From Candidatus Omnitrophota bacterium (GTDB lineage Bacteria > Omnitrophota > Gorgyraeia > Zapsychrales > JANLHA01): 64,000 nt of DNA. The position numbers were made by a program, and so were the translations under genes. Where the stretch lies: contig JAKLFA010000001.1 of the NCBI GenBank assembly GCA_022711395.1, forward strand, positions 515,277 through 579,276, read 5' to 3'. The first letter of the stretch is position 1. Every line of letters begins with the position of its first letter. Under the pieces are notes generated by a model that saw only the letters and a list, made by a program, of their open reading frames with translations, was not told the origin of the DNA and did no database searches. Of this stretch, positions 43,091 to 50,715 are shown piece by piece.

Positions 43091-43717
43091 ATGGTTCGAG
43101 TTAAAATTTGCGGGATCACGAATGAAAAAGACGCGTTGACCGCCGTGAAATACGGCGCGTGGGCGATCGGTTTTATTTTTTACAAAAAGAGCCCGCGCTA
43201 TATCAGCGCGTTCAAGGCCAAAAAGATCGTCCAGAGCTTGCCGCCATTTGTCACGCCTGTTGGTGTCTTCGTGGATCAGAAAGAGGGCGCGGTCCTCGAC
43301 ATCGCGCGTTTCTGCGGGATCCGGACCATTCAGCTCCATGGAGAGGAGACGCCTGTTTATTGTAAACGGCTTCGTCAAAAAGGCTTTTCGGTGATCAAGG
43401 CCTTCCGCGTTGCGGATTCGTTTGACCCGGAACAGATCAAGGCGTATGATGTCAATGCTGTCCTTCTGGATGCTTATGTGCAGGGCGTGCCTGGAGGGAC
43501 CGGAACAGCATTCAATTGGGCTTTGGCCAAGCGCGCTAAAAGCCTTGGACTGCCGGTGATCCTTTCCGGCGGTCTGCATTACAACAACGTTGCGAACGCC
43601 ATCGAAACGGTCGGCCCTTATGCCGTCGATGTCTCAAGCGGCGTTGAAGAACAGGACAAACCGGGCGTGAAGAATGAGCGATCTGTCCGGATGTTCTGCG
43701 AACAGTCCCTGTTGTAG
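43091..43717 (+). CDS. trpF: Phosphoribosylanthranilate isomerase TrpF
   Basis: VKICGIT N-terminus, 208-aa TIM barrel. Confidence 0.85.
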   Translation: MVRVKICGITNEKDALTAVKYGAWAIGFIFYKKSPRYISAFKAKKIVQSLPPFVTPVGVFVDQKEGAVLDIARFCGIRTIQLHGEETPVYCKRLRQKGFSVIKAFRVADSFDPEQIKAYDVNAVLLDAYVQGVPGGTGTAFNWALAKRAKSLGLPVILSGGLHYNNVANAIETVGPYAVDVSSGVEEQDKPGVKNERSVRMFCEQSLL

Positions 43718-43771
43718 AGCCTGTTTTTCTCTCATCCCTTTTTCAACACATCCCCGCTAGAGGATATTGTT

Positions 43772-44443
43772 ATGAATCGAGTCGTCTTTGATATTGAGAC
43801 CGTAGGCTGCGCTTTGGAGGACCTGGATGAACGGTCACGGGACTACTTTTTACAGTTCTGTGATTCGGTTGAAGGAGTGCAGAAGGTCAGGGAGCAGCTC
43901 AATTGCTATCCACTGACCGCGCAGATCGTGGCTTTGGCCATGATGGAAACAGATCATGACCGCGGGGCGGTCTATTTTCAGCATGGGGGGAATACGAAAG
44001 CTTTCAAAGAAGGTGGATTCGCCTATATTCCGTGTTCAGAGATGCAGATCCTTGAGCACTTTTGGAAACAGATGGAGCGGTTTGAACAGTTCATTACGTT
44101 TAACGGGAGGATGTTTGATTGTCCTTTTCTTATGATCCGTTCAGCTGTCCGTGGGATTCCGTGCGCCAGGAATCTGCTGCCCTATCGTTATAGCAGCAGT
44201 CTTCACATTGATCTGGCGGATCAGCTTTCATTCTACGATGCGTTTCGAAGAAAATTTCCATTGCATCTTTGGTGTGAGGCCTTGGGAGTTGAGAGTCCCA
44301 AAGCGCACGGCGTTGACGGTCATCGGGTCCCGGATCTGTTTGCCGCAGGAGAATATGAGTCCATTGCCAGATATTGTTTAAGGGATGTTCATTCTACCCG
44401 GGAACTTTTTCGCAAATGGGAGCGTTTTCTTTGTGTTTCGTAG
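43772..44443 (+). CDS. Standalone RNase H-like 3'-5' exonuclease (DEDD / PolB-exonuclease-like)
   Basis: N-terminal VVFDIETVG Exo I-like motif, an FNG..FD Exo II-like segment and a C-terminal YCLRD Exo III-like motif. 223 aa. Confidence 0.7.
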   Translation: MNRVVFDIETVGCALEDLDERSRDYFLQFCDSVEGVQKVREQLNCYPLTAQIVALAMMETDHDRGAVYFQHGGNTKAFKEGGFAYIPCSEMQILEHFWKQMERFEQFITFNGRMFDCPFLMIRSAVRGIPCARNLLPYRYSSSLHIDLADQLSFYDAFRRKFPLHLWCEALGVESPKAHGVDGHRVPDLFAAGEYESIARYCLRDVHSTRELFRKWERFLCVS

Positions 44444-44488
44444 GCCTGTTTTTTTATAACTATTTTATTCATAACATGTTATACAAGC

Positions 44489-44533
44489 ACCAACCGCTGG
44501 GGAGAATGGGAAGCGGCTTGGTTGGTATTTTTA
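44489..44533 (+). terminator. Rho-independent terminator after the exonuclease gene
   Basis: ACCAACCGC-15nt loop-GCGG(C)TTGGT hairpin followed by ATTTTT. Confidence 0.55.
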
Positions 44534-44643
44534 AAGCCTTGTAAAATAAAGAGTTGTGAAAGAGCGATTATTTTTTTTATTTTTCAGAAAAACTTGTTTG
44601 CCTTTCTTGAAAAATGCTATATTTGAGATGAGCCGATAAAGGT

Positions 44644-44663
44644 AAACCCGGGGAAACCCGGGG
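44644..44663 (+). repeat. Tandem direct repeat AAACCCGGGG x2 (each unit contains the palindrome CCCGGG)
   Basis: Exact 10-nt duplication seen in the sequence at the 5' end of the GC-rich block. Confidence 0.6.
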
Positions 44664-44845
44664 ACACAAAACTTCAGACCTACGTTGTTCGAGAACCGGG
44701 AAGGCCCGATCAGTTGGCTTGGCGCCCCCTGGGCCAACGGGGCACGAAAAGATGCGATGCTGGTTGGTAGAGCAATACGGTGGCTGAGTTGCCGAAGCGC
44801 AGGGAATTGTATAGCCGTCTTTGTCGGCTCTTATTTGAACTCTTC

Positions 44846-44878
44846 AGCGGCCTTAAGGTTTGGGCCGCTTTTTCTTTG
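44846..44878 (+). terminator. Intrinsic terminator / attenuator at the 3' end of the candidate RNA
   Basis: AGCGGCC-ttaaggtttg-GGCCGCT 7-bp GC stem followed by TTTTTCTTT. Confidence 0.65.
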
Positions 44879-44955
44879 TGTGTTTTCCGTCTCATTCCTG
44901 TTGTGTTCTGAAAAACTCTTGTTATAATATTTAACATTATAGAAATATTCTTATT

Positions 44956-45258
44956 ATGGATAAAAAATTCATTCGAGTTTATCAGAAATTTGATTTTGCC
45001 GATATCCGTGAGCACACCATGATCTATGGGGATCTGTCCGCGAGCTGTTCTCACTGTAACGCCCTGGATATTAAATTCGGCGTTCCGATTTGTCCTGAAT
45101 GCCGCACCGATTTTAAATACATTGCCTTCCGTAACGTCAAGCACCATCTTCCCAAAATGGATAAAATGTATGCTGAGAACACCAAGGTCATTTTGATCGA
45201 TTTTGAGGATTATCAGCGGGCATTGGCAGAGATCAAGGCTGAGGAGTTCTGGAAATGA
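44956..45258 (+). CDS. Small zinc-ribbon protein (two CxxC pairs)
   Basis: 100 aa with CSHC...CPEC. ATGA overlap with the downstream M20 peptidase gene suggests translational coupling. Confidence 0.55.
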   Translation: MDKKFIRVYQKFDFADIREHTMIYGDLSASCSHCNALDIKFGVPICPECRTDFKYIAFRNVKHHLPKMDKMYAENTKVILIDFEDYQRALAEIKAEEFWK

Positions 45259-46415
45259 TTTCCGATAAAAGGTTGATCCGTTTAACGCAAAAGATCTTAA
45301 GTTTTAACTCTGAGAATCCTCCCGGGAATGAATTTGAGCTTTCACAGTTCATTGAGGAGGATATGCGGGGTTTGGGTTTAAGTGTCAAGGTCAAAAGCTT
45401 TGAAAAGGGCCGTCCTAACGTGATCGCGACCTTGAAAGGCGCGTTGCCCAGGAAGCAGGCGCAAAAGCATTCCATTCTGATCACGCCGCATTTCGATACG
45501 GTTCCCATCGGCAAGGGGTGGACGAGGGACCCGCTGGGAAAGGATATTGTCGGAGATAAGATCTATGGACGGGGGGCGTCGGACGATAAGGGAAATACGG
45601 CTGTCTGCATGGAAGTGATGCGTTCGTTAGTTGAGGACGGGGTTCAATTGAACCACGACCTGATCATGGCGGCAACGGTCGACGAAGAGACCGGCAGCCA
45701 AAAAGGGATCGTGCCTCTTTTGAATGAGGGGATATTAAAGCCCGGTTATGCCCTGATCCTGGATTCTGATGAATATCATGCGGTCATTGCTCAAAAGGGG
45801 CTGATGCACTTCAGGGTGAAAATCTTTGGTAAAAAGGCGCATGGCGCGTATAACTGGCTGGGGGTCAACGCGGTTGAGATCGCTTCTGCTGTGATCGCGA
45901 AGCTCAAAACCATGAAGTTTGAGTATAAAAAACATTCTTTATTGCGGGCTCCAACCTTGAATATCGGAACGATCCGCGGCGGAGACAAGGTCAACATGGT
46001 CGCTGATTTTTGTGAATTCTCAGTGGACATGAGGTTTTTGCCGGGCACGTCCCATCAGAAATTGCTGGAAAAAGTCAAGGCGGTCATCGCGGCGCACGCC
46101 AAACATTTTAAGATCGAGATCGATGATGTTCAGCAGCCGTATGAGATCGACCCGAAACATCTGTTTGTCAAAACGTATGTGGATGAGCTGAAGGCGATGC
46201 GCATCCGGGCGGGCCTTAAAGGAAGCGAAGGGGCGACCGTCATGACCTTTTTTCAGAAGCACAGGATCCCGGCGTTTGCAACCGGCTTTGGGGCTCACGG
46301 CACGGCGCACACAACGGATGAATACGCCCGTTGTTCGGTGATCATCAAGGGCGCGAGATTGCTGGAGCGTTTTTTGGTCCGTTTTGACAAGCATCTTTTG
46401 GAAGGACGATCATGA
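45255..46415 (+). CDS. M20-family metallopeptidase (ArgE/DapE/CPG2-like deacylase)
   Basis: Metal-binding motifs HFDTVP, GRGASDDKG and DEETGS. 386 aa. Confidence 0.85.
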   Translation: MISDKRLIRLTQKILSFNSENPPGNEFELSQFIEEDMRGLGLSVKVKSFEKGRPNVIATLKGALPRKQAQKHSILITPHFDTVPIGKGWTRDPLGKDIVGDKIYGRGASDDKGNTAVCMEVMRSLVEDGVQLNHDLIMAATVDEETGSQKGIVPLLNEGILKPGYALILDSDEYHAVIAQKGLMHFRVKIFGKKAHGAYNWLGVNAVEIASAVIAKLKTMKFEYKKHSLLRAPTLNIGTIRGGDKVNMVADFCEFSVDMRFLPGTSHQKLLEKVKAVIAAHAKHFKIEIDDVQQPYEIDPKHLFVKTYVDELKAMRIRAGLKGSEGATVMTFFQKHRIPAFATGFGAHGTAHTTDEYARCSVIIKGARLLERFLVRFDKHLLEGRS

Positions 46416-47140
46416 AATTCGATTCAGCCTTTAAAATTTTTGTCTGTGGTTTTTTTATGGGATGCGCTTTCATTCCCGTTTGCTCTGTTTCAGCCGAGGC
46501 GGTTTATGCACCTGGTGAAACGATCCGGTATCAGATCAAAAAAATGGGCATTAAAGCGGGCGATGCCGTTTTAGAATACAAAGGGGTTGTTGAGGACGGC
46601 GGGCGCGAACTGGTCCTGCTGGTCTTTACGGCGGACGGGTTCAATTTTTATGATGAAGAAAAGATCTACGCCGACCCTGAGACCCTGCTGCCTGTGCGGG
46701 TGGAGAGGGACCTTAACATTTTCGGAAAAAAAGAAAAGATCGTCGAATATTATGAGCAGGATGCTGCGCGGGTTCGGGTTATAAAATTTAAAAAAGGGAA
46801 AGACGCCGAGGAGCAGGTCCTGGCCAAAGAGGGTCCGATCGATAATCTGTATTGTTTTATTTACCGCTACCGGTCACAAGGGCGCTTTTTGAAAGGCGAG
46901 ACCATGACCTTGGAGCTTCCGACTAAAAGTGTTGAGATCAAGGTTGTCGAGAAGACATCGGTTAAGGTTGGACCCGGAGACCGGGCAGCTTTTTTTATGG
47001 AAAGCGTGCCGAGCGAGTACCGTGTTTGGTTCGGAGATGATCCCGGCCGGACGCCTTTACGTATCGATGGGGCGGTTGGATTTGCAAAGACCCAGATGAT
47101 ATTCGTCAGTTCTCAGCCCGGGGAGCAGGCGGCTCCGTAA
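46412..47140 (+). CDS. Secreted protein, DUF3108-like
   Basis: Signal peptide followed by a beta-rich domain. Recalled resemblance to DUF3108, which is an inference. ATGA overlap with the M20 gene. Confidence 0.55.
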   Translation: MKFDSAFKIFVCGFFMGCAFIPVCSVSAEAVYAPGETIRYQIKKMGIKAGDAVLEYKGVVEDGGRELVLLVFTADGFNFYDEEKIYADPETLLPVRVERDLNIFGKKEKIVEYYEQDAARVRVIKFKKGKDAEEQVLAKEGPIDNLYCFIYRYRSQGRFLKGETMTLELPTKSVEIKVVEKTSVKVGPGDRAAFFMESVPSEYRVWFGDDPGRTPLRIDGAVGFAKTQMIFVSSQPGEQAAP

Positions 47141-47165
47141 TAAAGTTTTGGAAAAGGAGAGACCT

Positions 47166-48089
47166 ATGGATTTGACCGGCAGTATTGTATTTTCATCCGG
47201 CAAACAGGCGGACTATGATATTTTCACATTGGACTTAGATACCGGACAGGTCTCCCAGTTGACGTCCGGCCCTTATTGGAATGATTTTGCGAAATGGTCC
47301 CCGGACGGAACGAAAATCCTGTTTATTTCGAATCGCAGCGGCACACAGGATGTCTGGCTGATGGATGCCGATGGGAATAATCAGCGTCCGTTGACCCAGC
47401 CCGGGAAGTGGCATTCTTATCCGTCGTGGGCGCCGGATGGACAATCCATTGTTTTCAGCGCGAATTATGACAAGAACATCAATATTTTTCGGATGAACCT
47501 TGATGGCTCCAGCCTTCAACAGATCACACGAGAGACAACGATGGACTATCATCCGAGGTTTTCGCCGGATGGGACGAAGATCGTTTTCACGTCCAAACGC
47601 GCAGGGAATCCTGATGTTTGGCAATACGACTGCCAGTCCGGATCGCTTGAGCAGTTGACCAGTTTTCAGGGACGGGATTGCACGCCCGTTTACTCACCCG
47701 ATGGAAAAAAGATCGTTTTTGTCTCCGGATTAATGGGGCAGGACGGTCATGAAAATTTTGAATTGTATCTGCTCACGCTGGGAGAGGCTGAGCCGCAACG
47801 TCTTACGACGAGCCTGGGGCAGGATCGCTTTGCGGCCTGGTCACCGGATGGGAAGTATTTACTTTTCAGTTCTTCGTATGGGCCCCAGAGGGCGGAGCGT
47901 TTGACGGTCATGGACGTTCAATCACGAAAAAAAGAAAAGCTTAAATTTGATCGAACAAAGCTTGAACTGGAGATCGATGCCGAGGTCAAAGGGGCAATGT
48001 TCTTTAAATATCTGCCTGTGAATATTGCCAGGCTTTTTTATCCGCATCAGTTTTTTGGGGCGGAACGGTATCCGGACTGGAAAAATTAG
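47166..48089 (+). CDS. TolB-like PD40 beta-propeller protein without a signal peptide
   Basis: Repeated SPDG(T/K)KI(V)F... blades (six or more). ATG 47166 after AAGGAG. No N-terminal hydrophobic leader. Confidence 0.7.
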   Translation: MDLTGSIVFSSGKQADYDIFTLDLDTGQVSQLTSGPYWNDFAKWSPDGTKILFISNRSGTQDVWLMDADGNNQRPLTQPGKWHSYPSWAPDGQSIVFSANYDKNINIFRMNLDGSSLQQITRETTMDYHPRFSPDGTKIVFTSKRAGNPDVWQYDCQSGSLEQLTSFQGRDCTPVYSPDGKKIVFVSGLMGQDGHENFELYLLTLGEAEPQRLTTSLGQDRFAAWSPDGKYLLFSSSYGPQRAERLTVMDVQSRKKEKLKFDRTKLELEIDAEVKGAMFFKYLPVNIARLFYPHQFFGAERYPDWKN

Positions 48090-48111
48090 CCTTTAATCCA
48101 AGGAGAACAGT

Positions 48112-48645
48112 ATGGAAACTTTCGGCAAAATCATCGCGAAACTGAACGAGGATTATGAGCAAACCGTGGCCCGTGGGACTGGGGATGCCTACAGCAAACT
48201 TTCCACGATCTTTGAAGAGCTTGGTAAGTATCTTAGGGAATATATCCAAGCTCAAACCGGGGCGGACATCAAGATGGTCATCAATAAATTACGATCCGGC
48301 AAAGATCTGAGCGACGAGGAGATGGAGCTCATCAAGCTTTGGATCGTTGGAGACGCGCAATATTATACTCAGCTTGAAAACAATGTGAAAGACTGGGGAG
48401 AAGAGCTGAAACGCTTGGTTGCGGAGATCGCGAGGCATAAAGATTCTCCCGCTACGGTGGAAACGGCGTCGTATTTGCGAGGGCTTTTTCGGGACGGTTC
48501 AAGGGTGATCACCGATATTTTTTATTATCTTGAACAAAAGGACCGGATCGCGCGTTTTCAGGAGGCAAGTTGGAAACATGACCTTAGCGATCGGGCGATC
48601 CTGATCAATCTGCTTGAACAAAAAATTACATCTCCGGATTTTTAA
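48112..48645 (+). CDS. Hypothetical alpha-helical protein
   Basis: 177-aa ORF with an AGGAG RBS upstream. No recognisable motifs. Confidence 0.5.
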   Translation: METFGKIIAKLNEDYEQTVARGTGDAYSKLSTIFEELGKYLREYIQAQTGADIKMVINKLRSGKDLSDEEMELIKLWIVGDAQYYTQLENNVKDWGEELKRLVAEIARHKDSPATVETASYLRGLFRDGSRVITDIFYYLEQKDRIARFQEASWKHDLSDRAILINLLEQKITSPDF

Positions 48646-48731
48646 GACGGGCGGCTTTACAGACGGTGTTGTTTGTGCTTTAATGGCGGGTGTTCATTTG
48701 GGCATGGGCGGTTTTAAAAGAAAAGGGATAC

Positions 48732-49910
48732 ATGAGTCTACCTGATCGAAGAGGACATTTCGGGCCGTTTGGGGGCCGCTACGTTCCGGAAACCCTAATG
48801 GCAATGTTGGAAGAACTTGAAGCCGTTTATCGGAAATTGAAAAAGGATGCGGCGTTTAAGGAGGAATTCCGTTCATTTCTGAATGAATACGCTGGGCGGC
48901 CGACCAATCTTTATTACGCGTCCCATTTAAGCAAACATTTTGGCAATCTCAGGGTCTATCTTAAACGGGAAGATTCTTTGCATACCGGTGCGCACAAGAT
49001 CAATAATACGCTTGGCCAGATCCTCGTGGCCAAACGGATGGGTAAGGCTCGTGTTATTGCAGAGACCGGGGCCGGACAGCATGGGGTCGCTACTGCGACG
49101 GCGGCTGCGCTTTTTGGATTGAAATGTGATGTTTATATGGGAGTTGAGGATATCCACCGCCAACAGCTTAATGTGCTGAGGATGAAGTTGATGGGCGCGC
49201 GCGTGATTCCTGTCGAGAGCGGCTCCAAAACATTAAAAGACGCGATGAATGAGGCCATTCGTGATTGGGTCACTAACGTGGAGGATACATTTTATTTGAT
49301 CGGAACGGTGGCCGGACCGCACCCCTATCCGGTCATGGTCAGGGATTTTCAATCGGTTATCGGTCAGGAGGCCCGCCGTCAGTTTTTGAAAAAAGAAAAC
49401 GCTCTGCCGGATTATCTTTTGGCCTGTGTAGGCGGAGGCAGCAACGCCATGGGGTTATTCCATCCATTCTTGAATGATAAAAGCGTCAAGATGATCGGGG
49501 TGGAAGCCGCCGGGCTGGGGCTTCACACGGGCAAACACGCCGCGCCGCTTTCGGCACGGATGTTTGGTGTTCTTCACGGGACAAAGAGCGGATTGCTTCA
49601 GACTCCCGATGGGCAGGTCAAGATCGCGCATTCGATCGCTGCGGGGCTCGATTATCCGGGTGTTGGGCCCGAGCATGCGTATTTTCAAAAGATCGAGCGC
49701 GCTGAATACGTCGGGGTGACGGACAGGGAGGCGATCGAAGGGCTTAAGCTTTTATCGCGATTGGAAGGGATCATTCCGGCCATGGAAACATCACATGCGA
49801 TCGCTTATTTGGAAAAACTTTCCAGACGGGTTAAGGGAAAAAAGAGCGTGATCGTCTGCCTTTCTGGACGCGGCGATAAGGATATGGAAACATTCAGAGA
49901 GTTTATTTGA
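48732..49910 (+). CDS. trpB: Tryptophan synthase beta chain TrpB
   Basis: PLP-Lys motif [19 protein letters not shown], and the GGGSNAMG loop. ATG 48732 chosen; the ORF-track start 48690 is an upstream extension. Confidence 0.95.
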   Translation: MSLPDRRGHFGPFGGRYVPETLMAMLEELEAVYRKLKKDAAFKEEFRSFLNEYAGRPTNLYYASHLSKHFGNLRVYLKREDSLHTGAHKINNTLGQILVAKRMGKARVIAETGAGQHGVATATAAALFGLKCDVYMGVEDIHRQQLNVLRMKLMGARVIPVESGSKTLKDAMNEAIRDWVTNVEDTFYLIGTVAGPHPYPVMVRDFQSVIGQEARRQFLKKENALPDYLLACVGGGSNAMGLFHPFLNDKSVKMIGVEAAGLGLHTGKHAAPLSARMFGVLHGTKSGLLQTPDGQVKIAHSIAAGLDYPGVGPEHAYFQKIERAEYVGVTDREAIEGLKLLSRLEGIIPAMETSHAIAYLEKLSRRVKGKKSVIVCLSGRGDKDMETFREFI

Positions 49911-50701
49911 TGAATCGTATTGAGCGAAAATTCAAAATTTTGAAAGAGCGCCGAAAGAAGGCGTTCATCGCGTTCATTACAGCTGGTTATCCTTCTTTAA
50001 AAACAACGGAGGACCTGGCCGTGGCTTTTGAGGACGCGGGGGTGGATATTCTGGAGATCGGCATCCCGTTCTCAGATCCCCTGGCGGACGGGCCGACGAT
50101 CCAGGCGTCGTCTTTTGAATCTTTGAAAAGGGGCACGACCCTTGCCGGGATTTTTGACACGGTCGTCCGCATCCGCAAACGTAGCCAGATCCCGATCGCG
50201 TTGATGACGTATTACAATCCGGTCTTTCATTTTGGGGATGAACGGTTTATCTCACGAGCCGCTCAGGTCGGCGTGGATGGGGTCATTGTTCCTGATCTTC
50301 CGCCGGATGAGGCCAAGGGGCTGATCGCCTCCTGCCGGAAAAATGATGTGGCGAGCATTTTTTTTATTTCACCGACTACCACCGAAGCGCGGATGAAAAA
50401 GGTGGCCGTCAGTTCGACAGGTTTTATTTATTATGTTTCAGTCACAGGGGTCACGGGTGAGCGTAAACAAGTTTCTCAGCGGCAGATCCGACCGCTCGCG
50501 CAGGCGAGAGGGCTTACGGATAAGCCGATCTGTGTGGGTTTTGGCATTTCAACCCCGGAGCAGGTCCGGTCGCTCTCGCAGAAAAGCGACGGGGTGATCG
50601 TTGGAAGCGCCATCGTCAGGGAAGTCACCAGGAATTTGGGAAAAAAAGATCTTGTTCAACGAACAGCCAGCTTTGTTAAACGACTGGCTGGTGTTTTATA
50701 A
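49910..50701 (+). CDS. trpA: Tryptophan synthase alpha chain TrpA
   Basis: GYPSL...LEIGIPFSDPLADGPTIQ signature. TGATG overlap with trpB. Confidence 0.9.
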   Translation: MNRIERKFKILKERRKKAFIAFITAGYPSLKTTEDLAVAFEDAGVDILEIGIPFSDPLADGPTIQASSFESLKRGTTLAGIFDTVVRIRKRSQIPIALMTYYNPVFHFGDERFISRAAQVGVDGVIVPDLPPDEAKGLIASCRKNDVASIFFISPTTTEARMKKVAVSSTGFIYYVSVTGVTGERKQVSQRQIRPLAQARGLTDKPICVGFGISTPEQVRSLSQKSDGVIVGSAIVREVTRNLGKKDLVQRTASFVKRLAGVL

Positions 50702-50715
50702 GGATGTGAAGTTGT

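Larger units (their letters stand above)
44625..44880 (+). ncRNA. Candidate structured RNA or riboswitch-like cis-regulatory leader (family unknown)
   Basis: GC-rich 250-nt block inside a 510-nt AT-rich intergenic region. Preceded by promoter-like hexamers (TTGCCT/TTGAAA ... TATATT). Contains a tandem 10-nt repeat, several GC-rich hairpins and a terminal intrinsic terminator 75 nt before the next ATG. The only ORF inside (44685-44927) lacks an RBS and runs through the terminator. Confidence 0.3.

Noticed and set aside
44644-44663. Tandem AAACCCGGGG repeat, considered as a CRISPR or REP-like element.
   Set aside because: There are only two adjacent 10-nt copies with no spacers and no further copies in the window. 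It fits better as part of an RNA structure.
44755-44790. tRNA-like motif GGTTGGTAGAGCA (D-loop-like) and GTTCGAGAACC (T-loop-like) suggesting a tRNA or T-box element.
   Set aside because: Flanking sequences do not form D- or T-stems or an acceptor stem. No T-box consensus (AATTAGGGTGGTACCGCG-like) is present.
44600-44880. Assignment of the structured RNA to 6S, SRP (4.5S), RNase P or tmRNA.
   Set aside because: Length and by-eye motif checks fail: no GGAA-tetraloop SRP domain IV consensus, no RNase P P4 or tmRNA tRNA-like ends, no clear 6S central bubble. It is left as unknown family pending a covariance-model search.
44685-44927. 80-aa plus-strand ORF with three Trp codons inside the candidate RNA region, considered as a trp leader peptide.
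   Set aside because: It has no RBS, no tandem Trp codons, and reads straight through a strong intrinsic terminator. Downstream genes are not trp genes.
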